From: Lingula anatina | Taxonomy: Eukaryota > Animalia > Brachiopoda | Assembly: GCA_051362555.1 (NCBI GenBank) | Contig: CM120640.1 | Span: forward strand, 21,886,001-21,950,000 | Direction of reading: 5' to 3' | DNA: 64,000 nucleotides | Shown here: positions 12,060-22,679 of the stretch, one piece after another | How the letters are laid out: each line of letters begins with the position of its first letter | Numbering within the stretch: the stretch's first letter is position 1 | Translations under genes and position numbers: made by a program | Notes under the pieces: generated by a model | The model's input: only the letters and a program-made list of their open reading frames with translations | Told to the model about the DNA's origin: nothing | Databases searched by the model: none

Positions 12060-15020
12060 CATTTGCAACCTCACTGTAATGTCACCCCCAGCAATTCAGA
12101 AACACGTAGTCAAATTTTTTCTTTATTTCTTCATGTGATTGGTGGTATGAAAATAGCTGATCAAATGAACACCATTCTATAACAATGACTTCTATGGTCT
12201 GTTCAACACATTGATATTTATCTTTTAAATAAACATTTTTTATTTTGTTACTTGCAATACCTTGAATGAGGTCATGTTTAATAGCACAGTCAATGAACAC
12301 CAAATTTTAATCATGAAGCCCCATGAGAGTTTTTATTCACATACTGAAAATCCCAATATTTGAATAATGATGCCAGTGCTCAAAATAATATTACATAATG
12401 CTTAACAGCATAAACACCATTACTGTTGCTTATGTGGAAATACAGTAAATGTAACTAGTACTTTCACGGGGCTCCAGGTGGATGGGAGTCAAAAGTCACA
12501 TCTTGAAAATGACAATGTTTGAAAATGAAAAATTAAAAAAAAACTCCCACAAAATATATTCAAATTAACCATGTATGCTTACAGGCTATGCTTACAGGCT
12601 ATTATATAAAATAACAATTACGGTATCATTTTTAGCTGACTTTGATGCATGGGGTTAGTGTCATTTAAAGTCAGCTAAAAATGAATTTACAACATGACTT
12701 TATATTCAATCTCAACAGTACCTATGGGTCTCTCTGTTATGGCTTTAATGTGCATGGGTACTGGTATGACTAATTAGATATTTATAGTCCGTTCTTATAT
12801 AATATCATTTCATGACCACTTGAGAGTTTATATGGCAAGCTTGTTATTACTAAAGGGAGAATTACAGACTGACCAGGCATAGCATCCATACATCACAAAG
12901 GTAATAATGTGAATATGTAAAGATGCACAAAGATGACAGTGCACAAAACAAATTACATAATGCTTACAACATGAACCCCATATCCATTGCATATGTGGAA
13001 ATACAAAAAATGTTACTGGTAGAGGGTTTCAGTTGGATGGGAATGAGAAGTCACATTTTTAAAATGAAAGTGTTCTGAAAAATAAAACATTAACAAGGCA
13101 GCAAAGCTGTCAAATGTACAGACAAAAAACAGGAAATAACTATGCACAAAATAGGCTACTGTCAATTCTGATGCAAAAGTACATTATATTAAACTGCAAA
13201 TTCAACATCAAATTTTAATTATGCTCAACAGGTAATACTAATGTAAGTAAAATGTGTAAAAAGTTCACACTTTGAAAATGTATAACTTCCAGGAAAAGAA
13301 GCCAATTAGACTGCTTTTCTAACTCAGGCTGCATTTTAGTCCTGTATTTCTATTTTGAAAGTTTGGCAATCATAAATAACATGGTTTTCCCATAATGGTC
13401 ATCATGGCAGCAGCACCCAAAATTGTGTTTTCTTCTATTCTGATGCCAAATTACATAATTTGGTTAACAGCATAATGGCCGTCAATTTTTAATAATAAAA
13501 TATACGTATCATGGATTTTCAGAAAATGTGACTAGCATGGGTCTTCAAGCCCGTGGAACTTCAAAGTCACACCTTGAAAACGCCAATAAGTGAAAAATTA
13601 AATTTTCACAAAAAAACTGTTTAACTGGCAGTAAGAATTACCAAACAGATTGCATTGCCTACTGAAGCTGTATTTTAGTCCCATGTTTCTTTCCTGTAAG
13701 TTTGAGAACAGTAAGTGACATGGTTTTTCTTAAATGGTCGTCATGGGAGCAGTGCCCAAAATAGTTTTTTTTTTCAAATTTTGATGCAATATTACATAAT
13801 GTTTAACAGCATAATGACCATCAATTTTAATAATAAAATATTAGTATTATGGATATTCAGAAAATGTGACTAGCAAAGGTCTTCAGGCCCATGGAACTTC
13901 AAAGTCACAACTTGAAAATGCCAAAATGTAAACAAGACAGCACTTTTCTGAAATGTTTTTTTTTCCCCATTTTTAACAATTTTTAACATAAAACAAAATT
14001 AACAGTTTACTGCCGTTTTTGGGAAAAATATCAATAGAGCAGTGTTAAATGTCCAATTTCTTCCAATCTGAGATTCTGAACATAGTGAATGATTGAATCT
14101 GACAAACTGCAATGATATGAGTTTATTTCCATTTTTGAAACTTTATTACACAATACACGATAACAAGTTTACCATCATTTTTACATAATCAACTAATAAT
14201 GTTGTAAAGATGCAGGAAATGCCAAACAAACACTTTACGTATCTTATTAATTAAATAATGAGACTGTTAACATGCCTAAGAATTGAATCTGAGGAAATGT
14301 GAAAAAACAGCATTTCTTCAAAATAATGGCCCCGATTATGCTGATTTTTTAACTCAACCTGCGTTTTAGCAGGAATGACCACTCTTGTGAGTTTAATGAC
14401 AATTGGCCTATCTGTTTTTATTCTTATTTTGTGTTTACAGTGTTGCATATATGCTGAAAAGTGAAAAAAAAAGCATAACTACTAAAATAGTGGCCCAATC
14501 ATGCCGATTTTCGAACTTGACCTGCGTTATAGTAAGATCAATTACTCCTGTGAGTTTCATCACAACAGGCCTATTGGTTTTCCTTGAAATGTGTTTACAG
14601 TGTTGCATATATGCTGAAAAGTGAAAAAACAGCATAACTTCTACAATAATGGCCCCATCATGCTGATTTTCGAACTTGACCTGCGTTTTATGAATATTCA
14701 TCAGCTCTGTAAATATACAGCCAAAAAGTAAAACTGCCTTCCACTTATCGTGTTTACAATGAAAGTGCACGGCGACAGCAACAGTGACGGCAACGCCAGC
14801 GACGACAGATGCAGGTGATGGCAATATGTACAGACACATCTGTACATATTTACTGTACTGTTTGAGAACAGTAAGTGACATGGTTTTTCTTAAATGGTCA
14901 TCATGGGAGCAGTGCCCAAAATAGGTTTTTTTCAAATTTTGATGCAATATTACATAATGTTAAACAGCATAATGACCATCAATTTTTAATAATAAAATAT
15001 TAGTATCATGGATATTCACC
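11320..15020 (-). repeat. Inverted copy of the HINE/tandem-array sequence of 4215-7960 (best match 13270-14850)
   Basis: Reverse complement of the 5' hairpin (14825-14850), the 161-bp units (14270-14760) and the 337-bp units (13270-13930); further fragments at 11320-11600, 12300-12540, 13090-13230 and 14860-15020. Confidence 0.9.
11815..12270 (-). pseudogene. Duplicated FDXACB1 3' end (FDX-ACB domain fragment plus 3' flank), degenerate
   Basis: IQGIASNKIKNVYLKDKYQCVE matches IRGIAGDLIKSVYLKDKYQCVE of the intact gene; DNA aligns with about 18600-18975; frameshifted, with a (TG)n insertion. Confidence 0.9.
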
Positions 15021-15419
15021 TGAAAGCAAAACCCTCAGAAGTTCAGAGGTGAAGACTAAAAGGAATTGTATGTTGTTAATTTGTTTAATCGTTTCATTAA
15101 AAAAGGATCATCCATTTTGTATTACTCTTATACTAGAGGAATAAAGTTTTTAATTATAATTATTTATTCCTTGAATTTCATGTTATTTATTCATTGATTT
15201 ACTCAATTATCTTTTTTTTCTTTACAATCACCACTTTAGGCAGTTACAGACTTAGCCTAACATGTCCAAAGTTGGCCTCATATTCAGTAGTCCAAATAGT
15301 AGAAAATATATTTCACTTGTTCATAATTCTTGAACTTATGTAAAGGGAATGATTTTAAATTAAAAAATCAATGATTTGAATTCTGCCCCTGCTTTACTGA
15401 ACAATATGTGAAGTATGCA

Positions 15420-15745
15420 CATGCACTCAATTATAAAGGAAGAACATACATTTTGCGCCTGCATACTGAATAAAAATAGTTACATTTTTCCAAGCAGAAA
15501 ATGTATGTTCTTCATGGCAGCAGTCATACCTTTTCTTGTCTACAAATCTCGTGAAATGTTGCGTTACCTCAAAGGAAAACAAACTTCTGTAAAATATGCA
15601 ATAGGTGACCTAGCCCAAAGTTTTCTTACACATTGCAGTTTCTTAATTGCTGTTGATATGCTTTGAATCTTTACCATGCAACCACTCGCTCAGATTCTAC
15701 AAAGGAAACTGCAATAATAGTCTATGGGTGAAAATTCAGGGGCGG
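15420..15745 (+). repeat. Third copy of the protease gene's upstream region, without the CDS
   Basis: Aligns with 16810-17060 and 10030-10285 (CTCAATTATAAAGG, TACAAATCTCGTGAAATG, GGTGACCTAGC, ACTCGCTCA...GAAACTG). Confidence 0.75.
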
Positions 15746-15829
15746 ACCCAGAGCTATTTTTTGACAGTCTTCCAAATTATCTTTGTTGGTCCAGCCTCCA
15801 ATTTTGACCGTCAGAAAAAAGTCGATGCA

Positions 15830-16787
15830 AAATTAAATATCCAATTACAAGGATTCTTTTGTGTCATTTGCAACCTCACCACAATGTCACTCAATTTTAA
15901 CAATTCACAAACACAAAGTCAAATAATTTTCTTTATTTTGTCATGTAATTGGTGGTATGATAATGGATGATCACATGACTAGTACACCATCCTATAGCAG
16001 CACAGGAACAATATGTGGGGCCTCGATTTGAAACCTGTCAGCTTTTGTGTTTTTAATCTCCAAATACTTTTAAAAATCTATAAAGCTAATAAAGAGGCCG
16101 TCTATAAGAACCTATTATATCGTATCTTTTGTATTAATTATTATTACATATCACAATAATAAAAGATTTGCCTTTTGATTTTACGCCCGGCTATGACCTC
16201 TATTAAAAAATATCAATTTTTTTTGAGATTACAAATTGTATCGTATTGTTTGGTTCCATTGCCTCGCTTTCAGAAATTAGAACAGGCGCTCCAAAATCGT
16301 AAGACGAAGTAAAAAATTTTATATTGACCGAGTTCGCCCCCCAATAAGAATATCCTTACAGCATTATCTGCAATTAACCTTCTCACGATTTTTAATGTAT
16401 TTTGCAATATAATTTTCAATCTGCCCGATGAAGAATTTTATTAATCAAGAGTGGGGGAGGGGTGGAAAAATCCCCTTGGGGCCACATATAACACTATAAA
16501 TGCGAAGGGAATCCCCCTTACAATGACGGCAAAATGAATGTTAATCAGGAAAGTCCGATGGATTTGTTTTTTAAAACATATAATCAACAAAATATTTCTA
16601 ATATGATTTCTCAAAACAACACCAGAAGGCAAATTAAATCAAATCAACCAGACGGTAAACACTGGCAGGCTTTGTCAATTTCACCATTTGTTTATTTCAA
16701 ACAGAGTACTTTTCGCGCATGCGCAGTAGTTTGAGACCTGTGCTTCCTATAGCAAGGAATTCCATGACCCATTTCAACACTGATATT
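15830..16787 (-). pseudogene. Second duplicated FDXACB1 3' fragment, interrupted by a MITE
   Basis: 15830-15998 aligns with 18735-18894; homology resumes at 16745-16787 (TTTCAACACTGATATTT). Confidence 0.85.
15999..16744. mobile_element. Non-autonomous DNA element with 9-bp TSD (Mutator-like)
   Basis: Termini AGCACAGG / CCTGTGCT; perfect TSD TCCTATAGC at 15990-15998 and 16745-16753; the empty site is present in intact FDXACB1. Confidence 0.85.
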
Positions 16788-17079
16788 TTACACAGCAAAT
16801 AGACTTGAGCTCAATTATAAAGGGAGAACATGAGTTTTCCACCTGTAAAAGTTATATTTATCTTGAATATGCAGGTGCAGATGCAATCAATGCCTTCTTT
16901 TGTCTACAAATCTCGTGAAATGTCATGTTACCTATTGTTAATATACAAAAGGTGACCTAGCTCTGGGTTTTTTCCCTACTCGTAGTTTCACACTGGCATT
17001 CATTGGACTTTGGACCTTTACCAACTACTCGCTGCAAAGAAAACTAAGTGACAATTTTTAGGACAGAGAGGCTTGTGTC

Positions 17080-17970
17080 ATGGGAAACATAGCCAGCAAA
17101 ACTCCCATAACTGATGAGCAGTTTACACAGCTGTGTCATAAACTAGAAGAAAAGAGACTGCAAATCATAAAAAAATCATCTGTTGAAGAGAACTACAAAG
17201 TTTTACCCTTAAATGTTGCCGATTCAGAGAAGAAACAATATTTTGAGGATTATATAGAGGGATTAATAGAAATAAGTACCAATGCACAAAAGTATGGACA
17301 GGAGGAAGCTTATGAACAGACAGAAACTGCGAAAAAGGACTACCAAAGATTGATAGAATTATCAAATTCAAGTGCTTTCCTTTTGTTAAGCTCACCACAT
17401 GATAACCTTGAAGAGTTCTTGAGAGAATCCCAATACAGAGAGTTTGCTAAGGTTCACCCTGAACTAAGGCAAAGTGATACAGTGGAAATTGCCCATATCA
17501 CAAATCCAGAAGAACTGCAATTCAAATTGAGGAGTTTCCTGGATTTACATAAAGACAGAAAGAAAATTGGTATCTATGTCAATTGGCATGGTTCAACTGG
17601 TGAACTGAGCATCGGTGGACAGCACATTATAACCCAAAAAGATTTTCAGGATGAAATTGAAACTTCTATTGAGAAGCATGGCCCAAAAATGGCACCTGTT
17701 CACGTAGTGTATGCCCAGTGTTATGCCCATTTTCATCCCCCTTCCACTCGCATAAACCATTTAAAAATGTTTACAGATGACAACAATCCTAGGACTAACA
17801 ATGTTATAAAGGTATGTCCAAAACCTGGCATGCAAATGTTCTTTCATGCCGAGTTACAGAAACATGCTGTGGAGGAAAAGCAGAAACATGCTAAGAAACT
17901 GGGTTGGATGGAAATTGGTATCATTGCACTGGTTGCAATTTTGATTGAGGTTGCACTTTTAAAAAAATAG
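17080..17970 (+). CDS. Caspase/metacaspase-fold protease-like protein, paralog 2 (296 aa)
   Basis: Open frame colinear with paralog 1 (one in-frame 6-nt deletion); IGIYVNWHG (H170), VHVVYAQCY (C214); C-terminal TM LGWMEIGIIALVAILIEVALL-KK. Confidence 0.8.
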   Translation: MGNIASKTPITDEQFTQLCHKLEEKRLQIIKKSSVEENYKVLPLNVADSEKKQYFEDYIEGLIEISTNAQKYGQEEAYEQTETAKKDYQRLIELSNSSAFLLLSSPHDNLEEFLRESQYREFAKVHPELRQSDTVEIAHITNPEELQFKLRSFLDLHKDRKKIGIYVNWHGSTGELSIGGQHIITQKDFQDEIETSIEKHGPKMAPVHVVYAQCYAHFHPPSTRINHLKMFTDDNNPRTNNVIKVCPKPGMQMFFHAELQKHAVEEKQKHAKKLGWMEIGIIALVAILIEVALLKK

Positions 17971-18778
17971 TGTATGCCCAGTGTTATGTCCATTTTTACT
18001 CCTCCCCCCCCCCCCCTCCCCCCCCCCCCCCCCCCAATGTTGCTGTTTTAATTTGATCTTATTCAATCTTGGGTACCAACATTACCCAGAAATGTGAGGA
18101 TTTTAAAACAACAAAGCACTGCACTATAAAAGTGTACAATGTATTTGTGTCACCACCTAAATGAATGGCAATTGTGTAAATAATTAATTTTGAAATGCTT
18201 CAAGAAAAAGTCTCAGGAGATTAAGTTCATGACAGAACTGCTTCTGTATTTAGTTTATATTAACTTGTATTGGTTTTCACAATTGCAGACCAAACTATGT
18301 TTTATCTGCTTGCATATAAAGTATTCAATGAGAAAATATAACAGATGGGAATGCATTTTGAACATATTAAGCTAAAGATACTGTAAACAAATGTTTAAAC
18401 TGTTCATACATTTTGGTGTACTATACAATGTCAGGGATCAGGTTGGAACTCGCCTGGAGTGGGATATTTTATCCCACTGGAAATGAAGCAGTGGGATATT
18501 TTGCCTATGAGTGGGATTTTTTGGTAATCATGTTTTAATACCTTTGATGGTCATCAATATTGTATTACTAGAGGTAAATTACATATTTATAACAATAAAC
18601 ATTGATATTTTATTCAATCTGAATGTTCACTCCTTATAATCAAAGGTTAAACTGGCATAATCATAAAAATATTTAAAAAAATTCAACTTCATAAATATCA
18701 CAGCACTTGCTTAATACTGTTTACTTGCAAAATAAAATATCCAGTTAAAATAAGGATTCTTTTATGTCATCTGCAACC

Positions 18779-19877
18779 TCACCGCAATGTCACTCTTAGC
18801 AATTCAGAAACCCGAAGTCGAATATTTTTCTGCAGGTCATGTGATTGGTGGTAGGATAATGGCTGATCACATGACTGGAAAACCATCCTATAGCAACGAC
18901 TTCTACGGCCTGTTTCAACACACTGATATTTATCTTTTAGATAAACACTTTTTATTAAGTCACCTGCAATACCTCGTATTATGTCATACATGTCCAACTC
19001 ATTCTGCTCAAAATCACAATCAACTTTTTCCCAGAAACTCATGTCGTGACAATATACGGGAGGATATAAACTTAACTCCTTTCCATCATGAACCAGACTA
19101 TAAATCCCTTTGTCCAATGACCACAACAGTCTACTGTCTGGGAGAGAAAACAAAAACACAGCTAAAATATCCAATTCAATGACTGCCACCTCCAATGTCC
19201 TGTCCTCCACCGTCACTGTCCCAAAATAGCTTACCACACTAGTGGTGCCCCCTGCTGTCAATGAAATCAGCATGACACTTACTGTTGTATCAAAATATGC
19301 CAGCATACATGTGCAGATAGAGCAGTTAGAATCATATTTTTCAACAAGGATATTAGAAATACTATTCCCACATAAATTTTGAATAATGCATTTCACATCT
19401 AATACTCCAGTCCTGTCACAAGCTACGAGTGTTTGATGCCCCACAGGGAGTCTACATTCAGCAATAGGTGTTCTGTGACACACAGTGCCAGATATAACAT
19501 TGACAACCCCTGGTTTCACCGATGAAACTATATTAAAAAGGTGCTCCAGGAGATTGCTCCTCATCACTGAAGTCTGCCCTTGTAATTCATTCTTTTCTTT
19601 GGAAAGGCTACAACTTACAGGAACACCACCTGGTGACTTCTCACCTGTGTGAACCTGTTGTGTTGTCAAATCATCACTTCCCATACTGTCACCCACTAGT
19701 GTACAATCATATGCTGTATAATGGCAACTTTTAATGCTGTTTGTGTCATATTTTACTAACATGCTGTCAGCTGATTCTAATGGAAAGATGGACACTTCCT
19801 GGTGCTGTCTTTGCAACTGATGAAGCAGACGTGTGTAGGTATCATATATTGGGTGGCCTTCTTCCTTCAATACTTGC
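18779..19877 (-). CDS. FDXACB1: FDXACB1 exon 5 (PheRS-like region and C-terminal FDX-ACB domain)
   Basis: Acceptor TTTTTGACCAG, phase 2; SLYPPVYCHDMSFW...GRRSRCYRMVFQSCDQPLS...LRVTLR* motif. Confidence 0.93.
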
Positions 19878-20074
19878 CTGGTCAAAAATCAAAATTACTT
19901 GTATGTTTAGTACTGATCAATGATACAAAAAATTTTACTGAGGATATTTTTTAAAAATTTTACAAGACTAATATTTTATTCTTTATAAACAGTTTATGCA
20001 TAAAAACTACAATGAACACAATTGATTCCCAGATGCACTGTAATAACTGCATTTAAGGATTTTATTCATCTTAC

Positions 20075-20227
20075 CTGGCCACTTTCAGCTTTATGTAGTC
20101 TCCACATTCTCCATTTACACAGAAAGGCACACAGGTCTTACTCTGATGTAACCTTGTCATGTCTATTGCTGGACGAGAGAATACATGGACAACAGCACCT
20201 TCATGGTGGAAACCCTTATCCTGACTC
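20075..20227 (-). CDS. FDXACB1: FDXACB1 exon 4
   Basis: AG/GT flanks, phase 2-2; RSQDKGFHHEGAVVHVFSR motif. Confidence 0.92.
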
Positions 20228-20494
20228 CTAGAATACAGAAGTAAACAGATGCAAATATACAAGTATGCAGCACACCATTCAGCACACTAAAGCAACTGTT
20301 AGTGGAAAAAATTATACATTGAAATCAAACATTGGCCCTTTTCTTACTTCATAAAATGCCTCTTTGAATTTCAAGATATAGTTTTTTTCCTGCTCCTCCA
20401 AATTTTGAACTGAATGATTTCATACTTCATACTTGTCAGAGGGCAGAATCCTCTGACAAGCTAAAATTTTAATAAATGCATTTAGACAATTCAC

Positions 20495-20698
20495 CTAAAA
20501 CCTGTGCTACTGTATTCAGGGTAGTCTTCAGCATGGAAGATTTCTGCCTTACGAAGAATTAATCCTGCATAGGTTGCCATAGCAACAACTTGCCATGTAT
20601 CATGCCACTCTCTCATTGGTTGATCTAGAGGCGTGCCACCCTGACCTTTGCACAGAGAAACCATGATCTCTCCATCTTCTGCCAGTACAGTGACAGCG
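20495..20698 (-). CDS. FDXACB1: FDXACB1 exon 3 (not in the ORF track)
   Basis: Manual translation SAVTVLAEDGEIMVSLCKGQGGTPLDQPMREWHDTWQVVAMATYAGLIL...YSSTGFR; canonical AG/GT, phase 2-2. Confidence 0.93.
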
Positions 20699-20972
20699 CT
20701 GGAAGATAAGGAAATCTTTCGAACTGACTTTTATTTCTCTCTTGAATTAAATCAAATAACATTTAAATTATAAGGGCCTGTCACGAAACATTTGATCACC
20801 ACTTTTAAATAGATATCAACAAACAGGCTTATATACTGAGTAGTATTATTTATTCAGTGAAAGGATTCAAGTCAAGATACTCACTGTTAGCGAGAACATG
20901 CACAATGCAACCTTTAATTTTACATTGCCTTGTTTGGGAAAAATGATAACTTGGCCTAAAACCCTTACAAAC

Positions 20973-21129
20973 CTGCAGAAGAATTCTTTGAGTAAAAGTC
21001 TGTTTTTCTTGATGTTCGACTTCCCTCCAATATGGGGAAAGTTGAAGATGATTCTGCTGAACCTTCTGCTCCCAATGACTGGGTTAGCCTGCAGACATCT
21101 TCCATCAACATTGTACAGAACCAACACAC
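20973..21129 (-). CDS. FDXACB1: FDXACB1 exon 2
   Basis: VLYNVDG...FSRIIFNFPHIGGKSNIKKNRLLLKEFF (DUF2431/BMT5-like); phase 1-2. Confidence 0.93.
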
Positions 21130-21389
21130 CTGAAAACAAAACCATCACAAGTTCAGCAGTTGAAGACTGTAAAGGAATAGTATCTTGTTATTTAGTAAAA
21201 TTAGGCCATTAAAAAAAAGAACCTGTACATTATCACCATTTTTACCAAGTGGATTCTGAACAAAAGTCTTCAAAATATATTTATTAACTTAATTTTATCA
21301 TACTCTTTTCTTTAAACTCACCATATAAGGCAATTATAGACCTCAGTTAATGATAAAATATTATATGTCAAACTTGGTGAGATAGCATA

Positions 21390-21558
21390 CAGGCCTGTAG
21401 CCAGAAATTCCAAAGGGGAGGTTCTTTTTCTAAAAAAATGGACCTTTTACCATAAAAACTTGCCAAGATCAAATTTTACCCAGAGCGGACCTTTTCCGAG
21501 CAAAAGGGGCAGTACTTCCGACCCCCCCCCCCCCGAACCCCTCCTGACTAAGGGCCTG
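21390..21558. mobile_element. hAT-like GC-rich MITE in FDXACB1 intron 1
   Basis: CAGGCCTGTAGCCAG / CTGACTAAGGGCCTG termini; flanks GCATA / GTATA. Confidence 0.65.
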
Positions 21559-22501
21559 GTATATCAAAGTATTCACCAGAACTAAAATATAAAAACTCAT
21601 ACTACTTGTTAAAACCTGCAACCTGGCATAGACTGATACACTTAATTGGTGAAACACTTAACAACAATAGACTGAAGGTGAGGTGATGTGAAGTGATATT
21701 TCTTATCCCCTCTATATTAATAATGGAATGCCTCCCATGTACGTAAATGTACCCAATGTAATGCCCTCATTTCTACACATGGAATGTATGTCTTTACCAC
21801 GTTCTTCCACACACTTTCTATCCACTTAGGACTCTTGATTGTATTCATTGCTTTCTTAATTAGGGTGTGCTTATTCCAGAAAAGAGGGGAAGTAGAGGCA
21901 GGCAGGCCATCTCCATTCATTATGAACTAGATAATATGTTTTCAATATACTAGAACACTGACTCCTTACACATCAATTACAGCAGTAAAATGAAAGTGAC
22001 ATTGTAAAGAAATTGAACAACTGTCTTAATAGTGAGAAATAAGACAGCATACCAGTAGTCATGCAGTTTGGAATGTGCACTGGACCCTTGTACCAGTATA
22101 TATTTCTTGTGTATATATATTACATGTATTATATGATATGATATTATTGAATGATATTTTTCTAGAATGGTCTGAACAGTGTTAAAAGTACTACTATACT
22201 TCCCTGGCATTGTATAGTAGTACTACAATGCAATAGTACCGGTATATGGAGTATATACATGTACATTTGTACATGTACCCCTATTTGTATTGCATGATCC
22301 AAACCATTGTTAACAGCACGTTATTCACATGGCACACACTGCACAACACACACCCCACGTTGTATCCGCCACATGCGTGCTTAATACAAGTCACTCGAGC
22401 CACGTGAATATAAAACACACGTTGTCAATATATGCGTGTTGTTCACACGTGCACTACAGACACGTGCAACGCGTCGGCTCCGGTCGTGTTGGTATGTTTA
22501 C

Positions 22502-22679
22502 CTGTGTTTCTCAAGTGATTCACGTTTTTCTCTGCCTGTTTGTGTTTGGTTATTGTCTCCTCACTTTCATAACTTGTTGATACTATATCACATTGGACAA
22601 AATGTCTCTGGTAGGCAACAGAGAAAGAGAAATCCCCTTCCCCAACAAGCAGAATGTCTCCATGACATGGACAATTCAT
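22502..22679 (-). CDS. FDXACB1: FDXACB1 exon 1 (an in-frame upstream ATG is also possible)
   Basis: MNCPCHGDILLVGEGDFSFS...STSYE (DUF2431 N-terminal motif); donor G|GTAAAC, phase 1. Confidence 0.9.

Noticed and set aside
12082-12303. Small independent FDX-ACB gene
   Set aside because: Frameshifted duplicate of the FDXACB1 3' end, with no supported start.
12627-12683. 17-bp inverted repeat resembling a terminator or RNA gene
   Set aside because: No tRNA or ncRNA signature; most likely a tiny MITE remnant.
14435-14947. 170-aa minus-strand ORF with a hydrophobic stretch
   Set aside because: It lies entirely in the inverted HINE copy; the hydrophobic run comes from the (GTC/GCC)n microsatellite.
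16710-16728. GCGCATGCGC (NRF1-like site) as the promoter of paralog 2
   Set aside because: It lies in the subterminal region of a TE, where such motifs are common; co-option cannot be supported from sequence alone.
18787-19182. Plus-strand ORF overlapping FDXACB1, and similar shadow ORFs over the 10.3, 25.2, 36.5, 45.7 and 60.5 kb genes
   Set aside because: Antisense or alternative-frame shadows of real coding exons, with no independent motifs.
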